This document shows positions 47,964 through 57,700 of a stretch of 63,486 nt of DNA, in pieces. Positions within the stretch are counted from its first letter, which is position 1; every line of letters begins with the position of its first letter. Source of the DNA: Candidatus Woesebacteria bacterium GW2011_GWA1_44_23 (GTDB lineage: Bacteria > Patescibacteriota > Microgenomatia > UBA8517); assembly GCA_001001045.1 (NCBI GenBank), contig LCIL01000004.1, positions 1 to 63,486 on the forward strand, written 5' to 3'. A program made the position numbers and the translations under genes. Below the pieces are notes generated by a model. The model worked only from the letters and a program-made list of their open reading frames with translations. It had not been told where the DNA came from and made no database searches.

Positions 47964-48050
47964 ATCTTTCGAGGTGTCATAGAGTTTAGCTACCACTTTT
48001 TGTTGAGTTTCAGACCCTTTATTTTTCGGGCTCGTTATTGAAGCCTGATT

Positions 48051-48770
48051 TTAAGTTAAACCTCCGTCACTTCTGTCCATTGGAGTTCTGACTGATACTG
48101 GCGCAGGGTATCTGCACTGAGGGTCGATACCTCTTATTTCTGCATAAACAAAGTGAGGAATTTTTAGGTCGCCAAGGTCTAGCTTTTGTTCCGCGTATCT
48201 CTTCTGGCGCGGGCGGTAAGACTCTAATGTTTCTACATAATCATCCAATGTTTTCTTAATATCATCATTTGTGATGACTTCCTTATAGGTAGACATCTTT
48301 CTATCTGAAAGGAAAAACTTAAGCCCTCCTTCAGGTTTGAATATAAGTCCGAAGTTCAAGCCATCAATAATATTTGTCTTGTAAACGAGCACAAACCCGA
48401 TTGAGCTTTCGATTGATGGATCATGTAATTGTAGCTTAATTATCTCCTTCATTTGGCAATGGGCAACAACGGAAAAAGGTTGCCCAGACGAGGATTCGTG
48501 GTAGCTGGAAAACTGCCCCTCTCCCTTTCCTGGCCACAAGAAATATAACTTCTTATCCACAGTAGGAGGCTCTAACCCATCGTTAACAGGAGAAATTTTT
48601 CCAGATAATTTTTGAGAAAATGAACCGAATGTCTCCAAGAGATCGGCGGGTACACGATCTTCAAAAAACTTCAGTTCTAAGGGCATAATTTTCGCTTTGT
48701 AGTCTCGATCTATTCTCGTTGCCTCGTCAGCAAGTTCATATGCACTTTTCACTGCCGCTTCCTTTTCCAT
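48051..48770 (-). CDS. Orphan cytoplasmic hypothetical protein
   Basis: 239 aa from ATG 48770; TTGACT-17-TACACT promoter upstream; no recognised motif. Confidence 0.65.
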   Translation of the reverse strand: MEKEAAVKSAYELADEATRIDRDYKAKIMPLELKFFEDRVPADLLETFGSFSQKLSGKISPVNDGLEPPTVDKKLYFLWPGKGEGQFSSYHESSSGQPFSVVAHCQMKEIIKLQLHDPSIESSIGFVLVYKTNIIDGLNFGLIFKPEGGLKFFLSDRKMSTYKEVITNDDIKKTLDDYVETLESYRPRQKRYAEQKLDLGDLKIPHFVYAEIRGIDPQCRYPAPVSVRTPMDRSDGGLT

Positions 48771-48876
48771 CTTGCCCGCGAGTGTATACCCGCTTAGGCA
48801 CAAAGTCAAGTTATGGGACACTCTTAACACTTGCCACGACCTTTCAAATTTTGCCTTTCTTGTATATAATTTGCCT

Positions 48877-51147
48877 ATGCCCGACAATATGTCACCCGAA
48901 AATCCAAATTTTCAAATAGGGGGTGTTACCAGGTTAGTTGCAAACGAGATTTCAGGGCAGGTAGCCAGCGGCTTCTTTCAGCCTGAATCAAAAACTAATA
49001 CCCCCGACATACGGATGCAACTAACGGGTGAAGAAGAGGACGAGAATGCTAAAAAGGACAAAGACGAACAGGAATATAGAAAAAGGCACCAATACCGTGA
49101 GGGACAGACACAGCTTGAAATAATATCCTCGAGTACAGAAAGACACCAGTTGATTGATGCGGAAAGGACTTTCATGAACGGTTTTGAAGACATGTCCCTT
49201 CATCCTGACGGTTCCGTCAGTGAATATAGACTTGAAGACGCAATTGCGGTTGTCGGCAACAGAAAGGCGGACATGTCTTACTCAAAACAGGATCTTCTGG
49301 ATCTTGGTTATCTAAAACAGTTACAAAATCCTCAAACAGGAAAGGTTGAAGAAAGGTTAACGTTTCCCGGTTTTGGATATACCATGAGGATTGAGAACAT
49401 TGAACAACATAAGAAAATATTAACCCCAGACGGCACCGTTCATCATATAGAAATTGAAGAAATGCCAATACAGGTCTATGTTCCAGGAACTGATGAGCAG
49501 AGGGAAGCGCTTCGCAACGATCTTTATCAAGTGCAGTCGGAAATGACAGCCCGAGAAGACTTGGTTAAAAAATTACGTTGGGTTTGGAACCAAACCGAAA
49601 ATCTTGAAGGTCTGGTCCAGTTTTATTTTATGGGTAGTTTGACTCAGGAATCGATGAACAGCCTCTGTAATGCTGAAGGTAGAACCATTCCGAGCGAACA
49701 AAACAATGGTGAAAGAATTGGAGCTCTGACCAGAACAGAAGGCGGAGCTGAATACAGAAAGGGCCATGAATTTGGGGACGCAACAAGTGTAGCACTTCAG
49801 TGTTTTGAGATTGCAGCCCTTTCCGAAAAACCGGCAGAGCTGGAAATCTTGCTTAAAAGACCTGGGATAAAATTCTTGTTTAAAGTGTCCGACCAAGAGG
49901 TTGACGATCTCTTTCTTGAGCCGGGTCAGAGAGGCGGAAGGCAGTTAAACCCAACTTTGGTTAAATGGATAGGAGAGCCTTGGAATTGGGACAGAACCAT
50001 TAAAAGCCTAAAGGAGAATGTTAAGAATGAAAACAAAAAAGGACTAAGAGGCCTCCTTACCAAACACGGGAACACCTTAGTTGAATCCAGTTGGAATGAT
50101 GTGGAAGACATTTTCGAGCAAGTGGAGCGATTTTTGGGAGGCGGAAACGATAGGAAAGTTGTCAGAAGGAATTCACTAGCTCAAAAAGATGCCAGAGACG
50201 CTCGTTATATAGCTTGGGCTGAACTTAGGGTAACAGCTATGGCCTCAGATTTGGGAGGCCAGTTGTATCACTACCCCGCAGATAAGTATCTGGATCGTCC
50301 TGAAGGTAATTATGTTGCCCATGAAATGGGAGGCATGACCTCATGCGATAGGGTAAAGGTAATCTACCCCAATATCTTTAGAAATATTTATAGATACATA
50401 AAAACAGAAAGACGCTCATACGGCCCAGATGGTTCTATTGGAAAATATCCGGATAGATTTACTGTCCCTTATTTTAAAAGTTGGGTTGGTCAAACCGAGC
50501 GTGGTAAAAGAACATTCCAAGAGATGAGATGGGGTTATCGTGCGGGACAAGAAGTGGATCTATTAACCGGTAAATTGGTTAACCTACCAGAAGAAAAGGC
50601 CTACCGCTTGGGCGAGCTTCCCTGGAGGAGCCTTGGACCTAAAGCATATAATGCCGCGGCACTTGGACCCTTTATTGCAGGTAGAGAGAAAGTTGGGATT
50701 TTTCAGAATGTTATGAGAACCGATTTCCAAATCCATGAGCTGAAAGATAAAGCTTTTTTTGAAAAACTTGCCCAGTTCACAGGGATATGCTTTAATCTTC
50801 AGACAATTCGCGACGGGAAGCTCAGAGGTGTATATGATGGAGTGAAACCTGTGGCACCAGGGGAAAAATCACATGATGACAAAGTGGACGAAACCGTCAA
50901 ACCCGGTTTGGTCAGGAATTATAAAAAGAAGTTCTTTACTGCCTTTTGGGATGGAATAAGATCCCTTCCACAATATAGGGAATGGAGGGCAGAGCGGCCC
51001 GATGTGGTGGATAGCTTTAATGCTAAATATACGCTATGGCCTATAGAAAGAATTAAATACAGACTGGGACGCATAGGTGTGTTCACGCCTGAGGAAGCGA
51101 AGAATTTGCCATCAGAACCTCTAAATAATAAAGATACGAATTACTAG
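48877..51147 (+). CDS. Large orphan soluble protein, antisense to the T4SS cluster
   Basis: 756 aa from ATG 48877, TATAAT 6 nt upstream; hydrophilic, no TM, no recognised motif. Confidence 0.75.
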   Translation: MPDNMSPENPNFQIGGVTRLVANEISGQVASGFFQPESKTNTPDIRMQLTGEEEDENAKKDKDEQEYRKRHQYREGQTQLEIISSSTERHQLIDAERTFMNGFEDMSLHPDGSVSEYRLEDAIAVVGNRKADMSYSKQDLLDLGYLKQLQNPQTGKVEERLTFPGFGYTMRIENIEQHKKILTPDGTVHHIEIEEMPIQVYVPGTDEQREALRNDLYQVQSEMTAREDLVKKLRWVWNQTENLEGLVQFYFMGSLTQESMNSLCNAEGRTIPSEQNNGERIGALTRTEGGAEYRKGHEFGDATSVALQCFEIAALSEKPAELEILLKRPGIKFLFKVSDQEVDDLFLEPGQRGGRQLNPTLVKWIGEPWNWDRTIKSLKENVKNENKKGLRGLLTKHGNTLVESSWNDVEDIFEQVERFLGGGNDRKVVRRNSLAQKDARDARYIAWAELRVTAMASDLGGQLYHYPADKYLDRPEGNYVAHEMGGMTSCDRVKVIYPNIFRNIYRYIKTERRSYGPDGSIGKYPDRFTVPYFKSWVGQTERGKRTFQEMRWGYRAGQEVDLLTGKLVNLPEEKAYRLGELPWRSLGPKAYNAAALGPFIAGREKVGIFQNVMRTDFQIHELKDKAFFEKLAQFTGICFNLQTIRDGKLRGVYDGVKPVAPGEKSHDDKVDETVKPGLVRNYKKKFFTAFWDGIRSLPQYREWRAERPDVVDSFNAKYTLWPIERIKYRLGRIGVFTPEEAKNLPSEPLNNKDTNY

Positions 51148-51149
51148 CT

Positions 51150-52838
51150 CTACCTCCTTCGAACCAAACCCGATATGGTCTCTATCCCCTTTGCCCATCT
51201 TTCGGCTCCTGTATGACCTGTTAAAACCCCCGATTCTCTTGCGGATCTGGCAAGACCACCGGCAGTGCCCAGTGTAGCGCCAGCAGCTCCTGCGATTTCC
51301 CCAATTCCACTTCCGTAGGCAAACGGCTTGCCGGAGAGGAGGGATTGAATAATGTCGTTAGCTTTTGGAATCAATGTAAAAATGACGAAACTGACAATAA
51401 CCATCAAAAGGCCGACACCGGCATTTCCGCTGGCACCCAAAAGTGGCGGCCAGGCATTTATGTTTTCGCCTACCGCTTGACCCACAAGACCCAACAACGA
51501 TCCTGTCGCACCCCCTCCAAAAAGCCATTCGATAACGTTAGACTCTAATCCTATTCGTATGCCCATTGCCACAAAAATATATGAGAATAGTATCAGAGCC
51601 CCCGTGACTACGAACACCGCAAGATTTGAAACATAGCTTCTAACCCAGGACCCGAAGCCCAAACTCGGGACAATAGTGCCCAGGGTCAGTTGGATCGGGG
51701 CAAGAATTGTAAGGAGTAACACATTTGTAAACGCCCTAAGAAGCCCCCAGAGAATCCTAAATAACATCCAAAGGACAATAATATACATTATAATTGCAGC
51801 TATTATTGCCACAATCAAAAGTATTGCCCAAACTCCAGAAGCAATGGCGACACCGACGAAAATCGCAGCTAACATAGCAACAATCGCGGAGCCAATGGCA
51901 CCAACATTCAACATCAAAAGAAAAATTGAAGCTAGACAAAAAAGCATTAAGTAAAGTACCAACAGACCGAAGGCACCCATTTGTATGTCAAAACCGGCCG
52001 GTTGACCCAGGGTCAAAAGGTTGAACCAGACAGTTGCACTGCTGTTGCCATCACCCGAAGCATTAATAATCTGAGTTCCGATCAAACTTACCAATCCGAT
52101 AGCGACATACATGAGATCAATTAAGAATCCGGCTATGGCGTAGGAGAAGGTTACAAGAATAATGGAAATTGTTATTTTTGGTAGTGCTGATTGTACAGAT
52201 ACCACCGTTTGGGGAGAAAGCTTAACCCTAAACATAATCATGAAAGCAAAAACAATAGCGACGATGACAAACAGCCCAAACGAAACGTTTCTGAAGCCCA
52301 TCCACATTCCCTGAATAGGCTTAAGTGCGCTGAATCCGACGCCGACTGATTGTGCTTGAACAACGGTAACAACATTGAGTTTGTCAATTTTCTCTTTGAC
52401 ATAAGCTATTCCTGATATTGGACGGTCAGATGCGAATACCAAACTCCAGAAGTTCTGTTGTGGATTGGCCTTTGCGATCACCGGGGCAGGGGCTTGACCT
52501 TGGCCCTTTTTGGCGTCAAGCAAGTCTTTTAATTGATCCATACACACGGTGGCGTCTGCAACATTACTGACGAAACACTGTATTAAACCTGAATTTTCGG
52601 GACCAGTTACGGAATTAATTAAGAAACTAAATAGGCTATAGACAATCCACTGGACCTGCGCCGCGGCATAGCGTTCTCCAAAGATTTCGCCGGGGTTGCT
52701 TGGATCATAAACTTTTCCATACCACTGTTGGAAAGACTGGTTGTACCAAGTGGTGTCAGCCTTGGCAGTAGATAAATTTGGAGCAAAAGAGAAAAATACG
52801 GTTAATCCAAGTAGAAACGAAACGAGCAGCTTTTTCAT
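51150..52838 (-). CDS. VirB6/TrbL-like polytopic membrane protein
   Basis: Signal peptide (..TAKA-D); W..FRNVSFGLFVIVAIVFAFMIMFR, ALPKI, LVTFSYAIAGFLIDL, APIQL; many TM. Confidence 0.65.
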   Translation of the reverse strand: MKKLLVSFLLGLTVFFSFAPNLSTAKADTTWYNQSFQQWYGKVYDPSNPGEIFGERYAAAQVQWIVYSLFSFLINSVTGPENSGLIQCFVSNVADATVCMDQLKDLLDAKKGQGQAPAPVIAKANPQQNFWSLVFASDRPISGIAYVKEKIDKLNVVTVVQAQSVGVGFSALKPIQGMWMGFRNVSFGLFVIVAIVFAFMIMFRVKLSPQTVVSVQSALPKITISIILVTFSYAIAGFLIDLMYVAIGLVSLIGTQIINASGDGNSSATVWFNLLTLGQPAGFDIQMGAFGLLVLYLMLFCLASIFLLMLNVGAIGSAIVAMLAAIFVGVAIASGVWAILLIVAIIAAIIMYIIVLWMLFRILWGLLRAFTNVLLLTILAPIQLTLGTIVPSLGFGSWVRSYVSNLAVFVVTGALILFSYIFVAMGIRIGLESNVIEWLFGGGATGSLLGLVGQAVGENINAWPPLLGASGNAGVGLLMVIVSFVIFTLIPKANDIIQSLLSGKPFAYGSGIGEIAGAAGATLGTAGGLARSARESGVLTGHTGAERWAKGIETISGLVRRR

Positions 52839-52873
52839 TACAAATCAGTTTAGCACACCGAGATATTTTTTCA

Positions 52874-55510
52874 CTAGTGACTGTGAGCCACGCCCCAAAC
52901 GCAGGAGTTATGGCTACTTCCACCTGAACTGACCTTCTCACACACATCTCCTCCCGGGCAGGCTGCACTCGCACCGCCTCCTGTTGCACAACTGCCCGTC
53001 AGGGTAGCGCATGTGTAGGTGGAATTATATGCAGTTCCAAATTCCCAAACTCTGATTGCGGTTTCGTAATCACTTCCGTCCCATGAACAATTACTAGACC
53101 CACCAAACCCGGCGTTAAGGGGAATCCCATAACAGGTTCTTCCGGAAAAGGCGCCCGAGCCGTTTTGGCTTTGATTTAAATCCTTTGCAAGAGCAAATAC
53201 GGCATCCATCAGGTTACAAGGACTTGGCACCCTATCGGGGTCAACGACCTTGACGGCATCTTTTATTTTGTTCCAATAGGCTTCGAAAAACGGAACCACA
53301 CCGGTTGAAGGGAATGTATCGGGTGAACAATTTGGCATTGATTCGCAACCAGTACTCCATTTCTTAACGTTTTCCTCAGTCCATTCATATTTTGCACTGC
53401 TGCCACCATTGAACGCGCCCTCTCCAAACATAACCCCCAAAATAAGTCCAGGGGGAACATCATAATTTTGAGATGCCGCCTCAACAATGCTTACCAGGGT
53501 TGGGAGACTTGACAAATTTGCCGAGCCAACCATCCCGAGGGTGCCTAATTTGCAGTCACCGCTTGCCGGCGGAAGTGTTGGTAGCGACCCGTCTCCGCTA
53601 CAGGACGCCTCGCTTTCACCGAAGGAGATTGGTTCACCAAAGCCCTTGGGTCTAAGCGCAGTCTGGATCCCTTTTAGAAAATACTCCGAGATGCCACCAA
53701 TGTGAGGGAGTTTTAGATCCGTGTTTTGTTGGCTTATACCAAGACCTGTATATGTAATATTGGTTGATCCCGGGATATCCTTTATTTGTCCCATGCCTCC
53801 GGTGGTATTAGTTTTGGGGAAAATCTTTTTGAAGATTGACTGCGGTCCTGCAACCAGCTGAGACCAGATATCCTCAACTTTTGGCGTGCTTGAAGTGGTC
53901 GAAAGTGCGATATAAATATCTTTTGTACAGGTTTGGACAGGAGGCCTTGGTCCGGGTATGCTGCAACAATACCTTCCCACTGGGCAGGTTCCTGTGCCGG
54001 CTGTTCCGCCTTCGGCGTTACACAGATTTTGGTTGGGGAAACATGACCCCGAACATGTTGGGATTGAATCAAATTCACAAGAGAATTTAACCTCATAGTG
54101 CAGATTCCCTGTGAGCTGGGTAGCAAACAAATCATCACCCTTGTTGGATCTAACATCAACACTGGTACAGGCCGCGGGTGGGGCAACGTTGGTAGGAGAA
54201 CCAGTTTTATTTCCCTGTTCGCTGCTACTCACAAAAGTGTCCTGGAGGGCACTTGCCAGTTCGGTCGACTCCTGCATATGAGAAAAGAACAGCGTGGAGG
54301 GGGTTTGGTTTGAAAAGGTTATGTCACTGACCGCAACATCATCGTCAACGACTCCCGTGGCAGAAGACGCTTCATCGATTATGACCTGCCCTTTTAGATC
54401 CTCGGTTGAAGAAAGGGGAACATAGGAATAAAGGTCGGCATATTTATTAGGGACCAGAATATTGTCGAAGCAAACAACTTTGTTTATGACTGGTATTAGT
54501 ACGCAAGTATTACCCCTCCACTCATAATAGGCTTTTGTGTATAAATCCTCAGTTGCAAAAGGTTTGCCGTCTTCGTCACTCCAGGGAAGCGGCGGAATTC
54601 TTTTGTTCCAAGGCTCACCGATATATGTTTCAATGACATCTCTTGCTACACCTGGGAAAAATGGTGCCAGTTTGTCAACCATCATGCCTATCCATCTACT
54701 CCACCAACCAAGATCATCGCTCCATCCGTCATCTCCGCCCTGAGATTTCAACCTGAAAACCCTCCCTTTGGCTCTGGTATCATTTCCTTCATAGCACTCC
54801 CCAGGTGTAAAAGAACCCAAACCGGTAATATCACCAATAATTCCCAAGTTGCTATCACCGCAGACGGCAATTTGGTTGTGATTGTCGGAGTCGACGTTGC
54901 CAATTGTCTCAATTCTTTGTGCATCTAAAATTGCCCCTGGCAGCAGTTTATTTAGAGGCCCCGAAAGGTTAACCAGGTTGTAATCTGTCGTCTTTGAAGT
55001 TCCGTCCTCTGCGCGGTTTATGATACCGTTAAGGTACCAGCTGACATACCCGTTAACTTTATCGGCATCATCAAGAGGCGGATCAGAACCGTTTCTGGTC
55101 TGGGAATTTGGAACATTTTCTGTATTTCCCATGAAGGGTAAATTGGCGCCCGACAGGTCGATTGTTAATCTTTTATCTATTATTTCCTCGTATTTACAAG
55201 TAACTTTGGTTCCATTGTCAGTACAAGTTCCTCCTCCGGGATATTCTTCTTTAATCGTGTCGTGAAAGATCAATTCGTTCCCACAGAATTTTGCGGTTGA
55301 ATCCATTTCTGTTTGGCAAGGACTTGCCTGATATGGCCGTAGGGAATGAAATTCGGGGTCTCCGACATCACTGCAACTATTTATGTTGGGAGGAATTTGT
55401 GCATTTGCAGTTCCAATTCCCAATTTCAGATTCCTTATTTGTGGAAAAGCACCAACAAATAAAACTCCTGCTAAGAGGATCCTGAGCATTTTAGGAGTTG
55501 ACAGTCTCAT
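52874..55510 (-). CDS. Large secreted Cys-rich protein with lysozyme/lytic-transglycosylase-like C-terminal domain (VirB1-like)
   Basis: Signal peptide; IVEAASQNYDVPPGLILGVMFGEG resembles SLT motif I; NLMDAVFALAK; six-Cys module CSGSC...CNAEGG...CPVGRYCC. Confidence 0.6.
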   Translation of the reverse strand: MRLSTPKMLRILLAGVLFVGAFPQIRNLKLGIGTANAQIPPNINSCSDVGDPEFHSLRPYQASPCQTEMDSTAKFCGNELIFHDTIKEEYPGGGTCTDNGTKVTCKYEEIIDKRLTIDLSGANLPFMGNTENVPNSQTRNGSDPPLDDADKVNGYVSWYLNGIINRAEDGTSKTTDYNLVNLSGPLNKLLPGAILDAQRIETIGNVDSDNHNQIAVCGDSNLGIIGDITGLGSFTPGECYEGNDTRAKGRVFRLKSQGGDDGWSDDLGWWSRWIGMMVDKLAPFFPGVARDVIETYIGEPWNKRIPPLPWSDEDGKPFATEDLYTKAYYEWRGNTCVLIPVINKVVCFDNILVPNKYADLYSYVPLSSTEDLKGQVIIDEASSATGVVDDDVAVSDITFSNQTPSTLFFSHMQESTELASALQDTFVSSSEQGNKTGSPTNVAPPAACTSVDVRSNKGDDLFATQLTGNLHYEVKFSCEFDSIPTCSGSCFPNQNLCNAEGGTAGTGTCPVGRYCCSIPGPRPPVQTCTKDIYIALSTTSSTPKVEDIWSQLVAGPQSIFKKIFPKTNTTGGMGQIKDIPGSTNITYTGLGISQQNTDLKLPHIGGISEYFLKGIQTALRPKGFGEPISFGESEASCSGDGSLPTLPPASGDCKLGTLGMVGSANLSSLPTLVSIVEAASQNYDVPPGLILGVMFGEGAFNGGSSAKYEWTEENVKKWSTGCESMPNCSPDTFPSTGVVPFFEAYWNKIKDAVKVVDPDRVPSPCNLMDAVFALAKDLNQSQNGSGAFSGRTCYGIPLNAGFGGSSNCSWDGSDYETAIRVWEFGTAYNSTYTCATLTGSCATGGGASAACPGGDVCEKVSSGGSSHNSCVWGVAHSH

Positions 55511-55552
55511 TCGATTTCATTATATCCCAATCATTCATGCTGCATGAAGATA

Positions 55553-55825
55553 CTAAATGGAAATTTTAAATTCGGTTACGTCCACACCAAGAATATTGGA
55601 GATGAGAATCATGATTAGGTAGGAAACGAGTATGATAAAAAGGCCCGCGATTGCGGATGTTAGTGTCTTTTTGGCGCTCTCGACAGCCTTAGGGTCGCCG
55701 CCAGAGGTTATAAACTTGAAACCGCCTACAAGCAAAAGAATAAAAAGAACAATTCCTGCAAAACCAAGAGCGTAGCTTACAATGTTTTTAAAAAGGAGCC
55801 CCAAATCGGCTATTGTTGCAACCAT
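55553..55825 (-). CDS. VirB2/TrbC-like pilin 8
   Basis: GGFKFITSGGDPKAVESAKKTLTSAIAGL between two TM. Confidence 0.82.
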   Translation of the reverse strand: MVATIADLGLLFKNIVSYALGFAGIVLFILLLVGGFKFITSGGDPKAVESAKKTLTSAIAGLFIILVSYLIMILISNILGVDVTEFKISI

Positions 55826-55834
55826 GTGTAATTA

Positions 55835-55863
55835 ATTCTAGTCCACACAAAATAAATCGGCAA
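55835..55863 (-). promoter_or_regulatory. Internal promoter before pilin 8
   Basis: TTGCCG-17-TAGAAT, 9 nt before ATG 55825. Confidence 0.6.
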
Positions 55864-55877
55864 GAAGAGGTTTGAAA

Positions 55878-56210
55878 CTAAACTGTGGGAATCGCCAAAG
55901 AGAAAATGTCTACATTGAAGAAGACCTTGATCAAAGCTACAATTGCCCAAGCAGCAAACACAATTACAAGACCAACTAAAGCCGCCGTAATTTGATTCCT
56001 CGCACCTTCTGTCTGAGCCTTATCTCCACCTGAGGCAATCCACCTAATTCCGCCTATGACAAGAATGAAGAAGAAGACTAAGGCGGCTACAACCACAATA
56101 AGCTTAATAAGTCCCGAGACGATCACCGGGATTGTAAGCTGGCCCAAATTATACCACTGACTGCCCCTATCGGGCTGTAATTGTATCGAATCTGCAAGCA
56201 ATTTCTGCAT
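55878..56210 (-). CDS. VirB2/TrbC-like pilin 7
   Basis: GGIRWIASGGDKAQTEGARNQITAALVGL. Confidence 0.85.
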   Translation of the reverse strand: MQKLLADSIQLQPDRGSQWYNLGQLTIPVIVSGLIKLIVVVAALVFFFILVIGGIRWIASGGDKAQTEGARNQITAALVGLVIVFAAWAIVALIKVFFNVDIFSLAIPTV

Positions 56211-56218
56211 GTAAGTAT

Positions 56219-56248
56219 ATTATTGAATTATTAGTTTACTGATGTCAA
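56219..56248 (-). promoter_or_regulatory. Internal promoter before pilin 7
   Basis: TTGACA-18-AATAAT, 8 nt before ATG 56210. Confidence 0.5.
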
Positions 56249-56260
56249 GTGTCAGTTGAT

Positions 56261-56650
56261 TTAGCCGCCAAGAGTCGGCAGAGTGAGTTCGAGTAACTTC
56301 AGACCAAAGAATGTGTTTAATATCTGAATTATTGCAAAAACCGCAAAAAGAATAATAAGCCCGATTAAAGCATTCCCAACCTTCCCTCTTGCGCTTTCCA
56401 CCGCTTGTTTATCCCCGCCGGACGAAATCCATTGGATAGCGCCGGTTATAAGCATGAAGAAAAAAACAATAACCCCGATAACAAATCCCAAAATGATGGT
56501 TGCAGGAACAACCTTTTGCAAAAAAGTTACTCCGGCATTTCCGGAAGTACCTACCGGGGGATTTCCCAATATAGGATTTGTTATAGAGCCTCCGGTATCT
56601 CCGCCACCGCCCGGATCCGGTATTATGACTGCAATTAAGTTTCTCAACAT
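56261..56650 (-). CDS. VirB2/TrbC-like pilin 6
   Basis: GAIQWISSGGDKQAVESARGKVGNALIGL. Confidence 0.85.
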   Translation of the reverse strand: MLRNLIAVIIPDPGGGGDTGGSITNPILGNPPVGTSGNAGVTFLQKVVPATIILGFVIGVIVFFFMLITGAIQWISSGGDKQAVESARGKVGNALIGLIILFAVFAIIQILNTFFGLKLLELTLPTLGG

Positions 56651-56651
56651 A

Positions 56652-57026
56652 TTATGGGCACGTCCCTAGCGGCTTACATAAAAGTTTGGCAATATTCAAT
56701 ATACCATTGATTCCCAAGAAATAAGCCACTATTTCAATAATGAATAATGCGGCAATGACAACGACTAACCCGATAATTCCATTTGTTATTTTTTTCCTTG
56801 CGGATTCTAGAGCCTGTTTGTCTCCCCCCGAGCTAATTATACTGATAGCCCCGGTTATTATGCTAAAAACAGCCCAGATAACGGCAATGACAGTTAATAG
56901 AGCAACAACACCCGAGATAAAGTCGGCAAAAAGGGTAATTGGCTCAGGTCCAGGCCGACCCAACTTGCCGATTCCTTCGAGACCCGAGTTCGGAAAAAGG
57001 TTAATATCAGACAAAAGCTTTGCCAT
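56652..57026 (-). CDS. VirB2/TrbC-like pilin 5
   Basis: GAISIISSGGDKQALESARKKITNGIIGL; C-terminal CKPLGTCP. Confidence 0.85.
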   Translation of the reverse strand: MAKLLSDINLFPNSGLEGIGKLGRPGPEPITLFADFISGVVALLTVIAVIWAVFSIITGAISIISSGGDKQALESARKKITNGIIGLVVVIAALFIIEIVAYFLGINGILNIAKLLCKPLGTCP

Positions 57027-57379
57027 TATAGTGTAGGGATTGTGGGTCTAATAATAAAATCCCACTGACCGAAAATAAGTTGTCCGAATATAGCTGCCAG
57101 AACAAATGCTCCGGCGGCAAAAGCTAACCCCAAGGCTGTCTGCGAAATTTTAGACCAAGCCCCTGCAACTTTTTTGGGGTCATCCCCCGCGGACATAAAA
57201 GCATACCCGGCCATAATAAAATTAAATAAGGCATAGATTCCGGCGCCGATAATTAGAATCCATATCACGTACTGTATTAAAGTTCCAATGGCTTTCCCGG
57301 GACTATCGTCGTATTTCCCCAGACCGGCGGGGGGAGGTATTGTCCCGAAGGGATTGATGACTGCTAGCAATTTTGTCAT
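57026..57379 (-). CDS. VirB2/TrbC-like pilin 4
   Basis: AGYAFMSAGDDPKKVAGAWSKISQTALGL. Confidence 0.82.
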   Translation of the reverse strand: MTKLLAVINPFGTIPPPAGLGKYDDSPGKAIGTLIQYVIWILIIGAGIYALFNFIMAGYAFMSAGDDPKKVAGAWSKISQTALGLAFAAGAFVLAAIFGQLIFGQWDFIIRPTIPTL

Positions 57380-57697
57380 TTAGAAAATCAAATCTGATAT
57401 ACCCAAAAGTTCACCTATCAATTTTACTATCCAATATGATGTAAATACAATAACAAAGCCGATTACCGCCGAAGTGATAGTTTTTTTGGCTGCCTCGGCT
57501 TTTTGAGGATTACTTTCCCCGGCAGAGCTAATCATGCCGATACCCCCCATAATAAAAAAGAAAAGCAGGATCAACCCGGAAATAACGAAGACAGCGTTTA
57601 AGAAAAGCGTAACTACCCCTGCGGTCCCCGTGAGGTCCTTACTTGCTGGATTAAAAATTCCCGGAATATTGTCAAAAAGAGTGTCGCCGATGTTCAT
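57380..57697 (-). CDS. VirB2/TrbC-like pilin 3
   Basis: GGIGMISSAGESNPQKAEAAKKTITSAVIGF. Confidence 0.82.
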   Translation of the reverse strand: MNIGDTLFDNIPGIFNPASKDLTGTAGVVTLFLNAVFVISGLILLFFFIMGGIGMISSAGESNPQKAEAAKKTITSAVIGFVIVFTSYWIVKLIGELLGISDLIF

Positions 57698-57700
57698 TTA

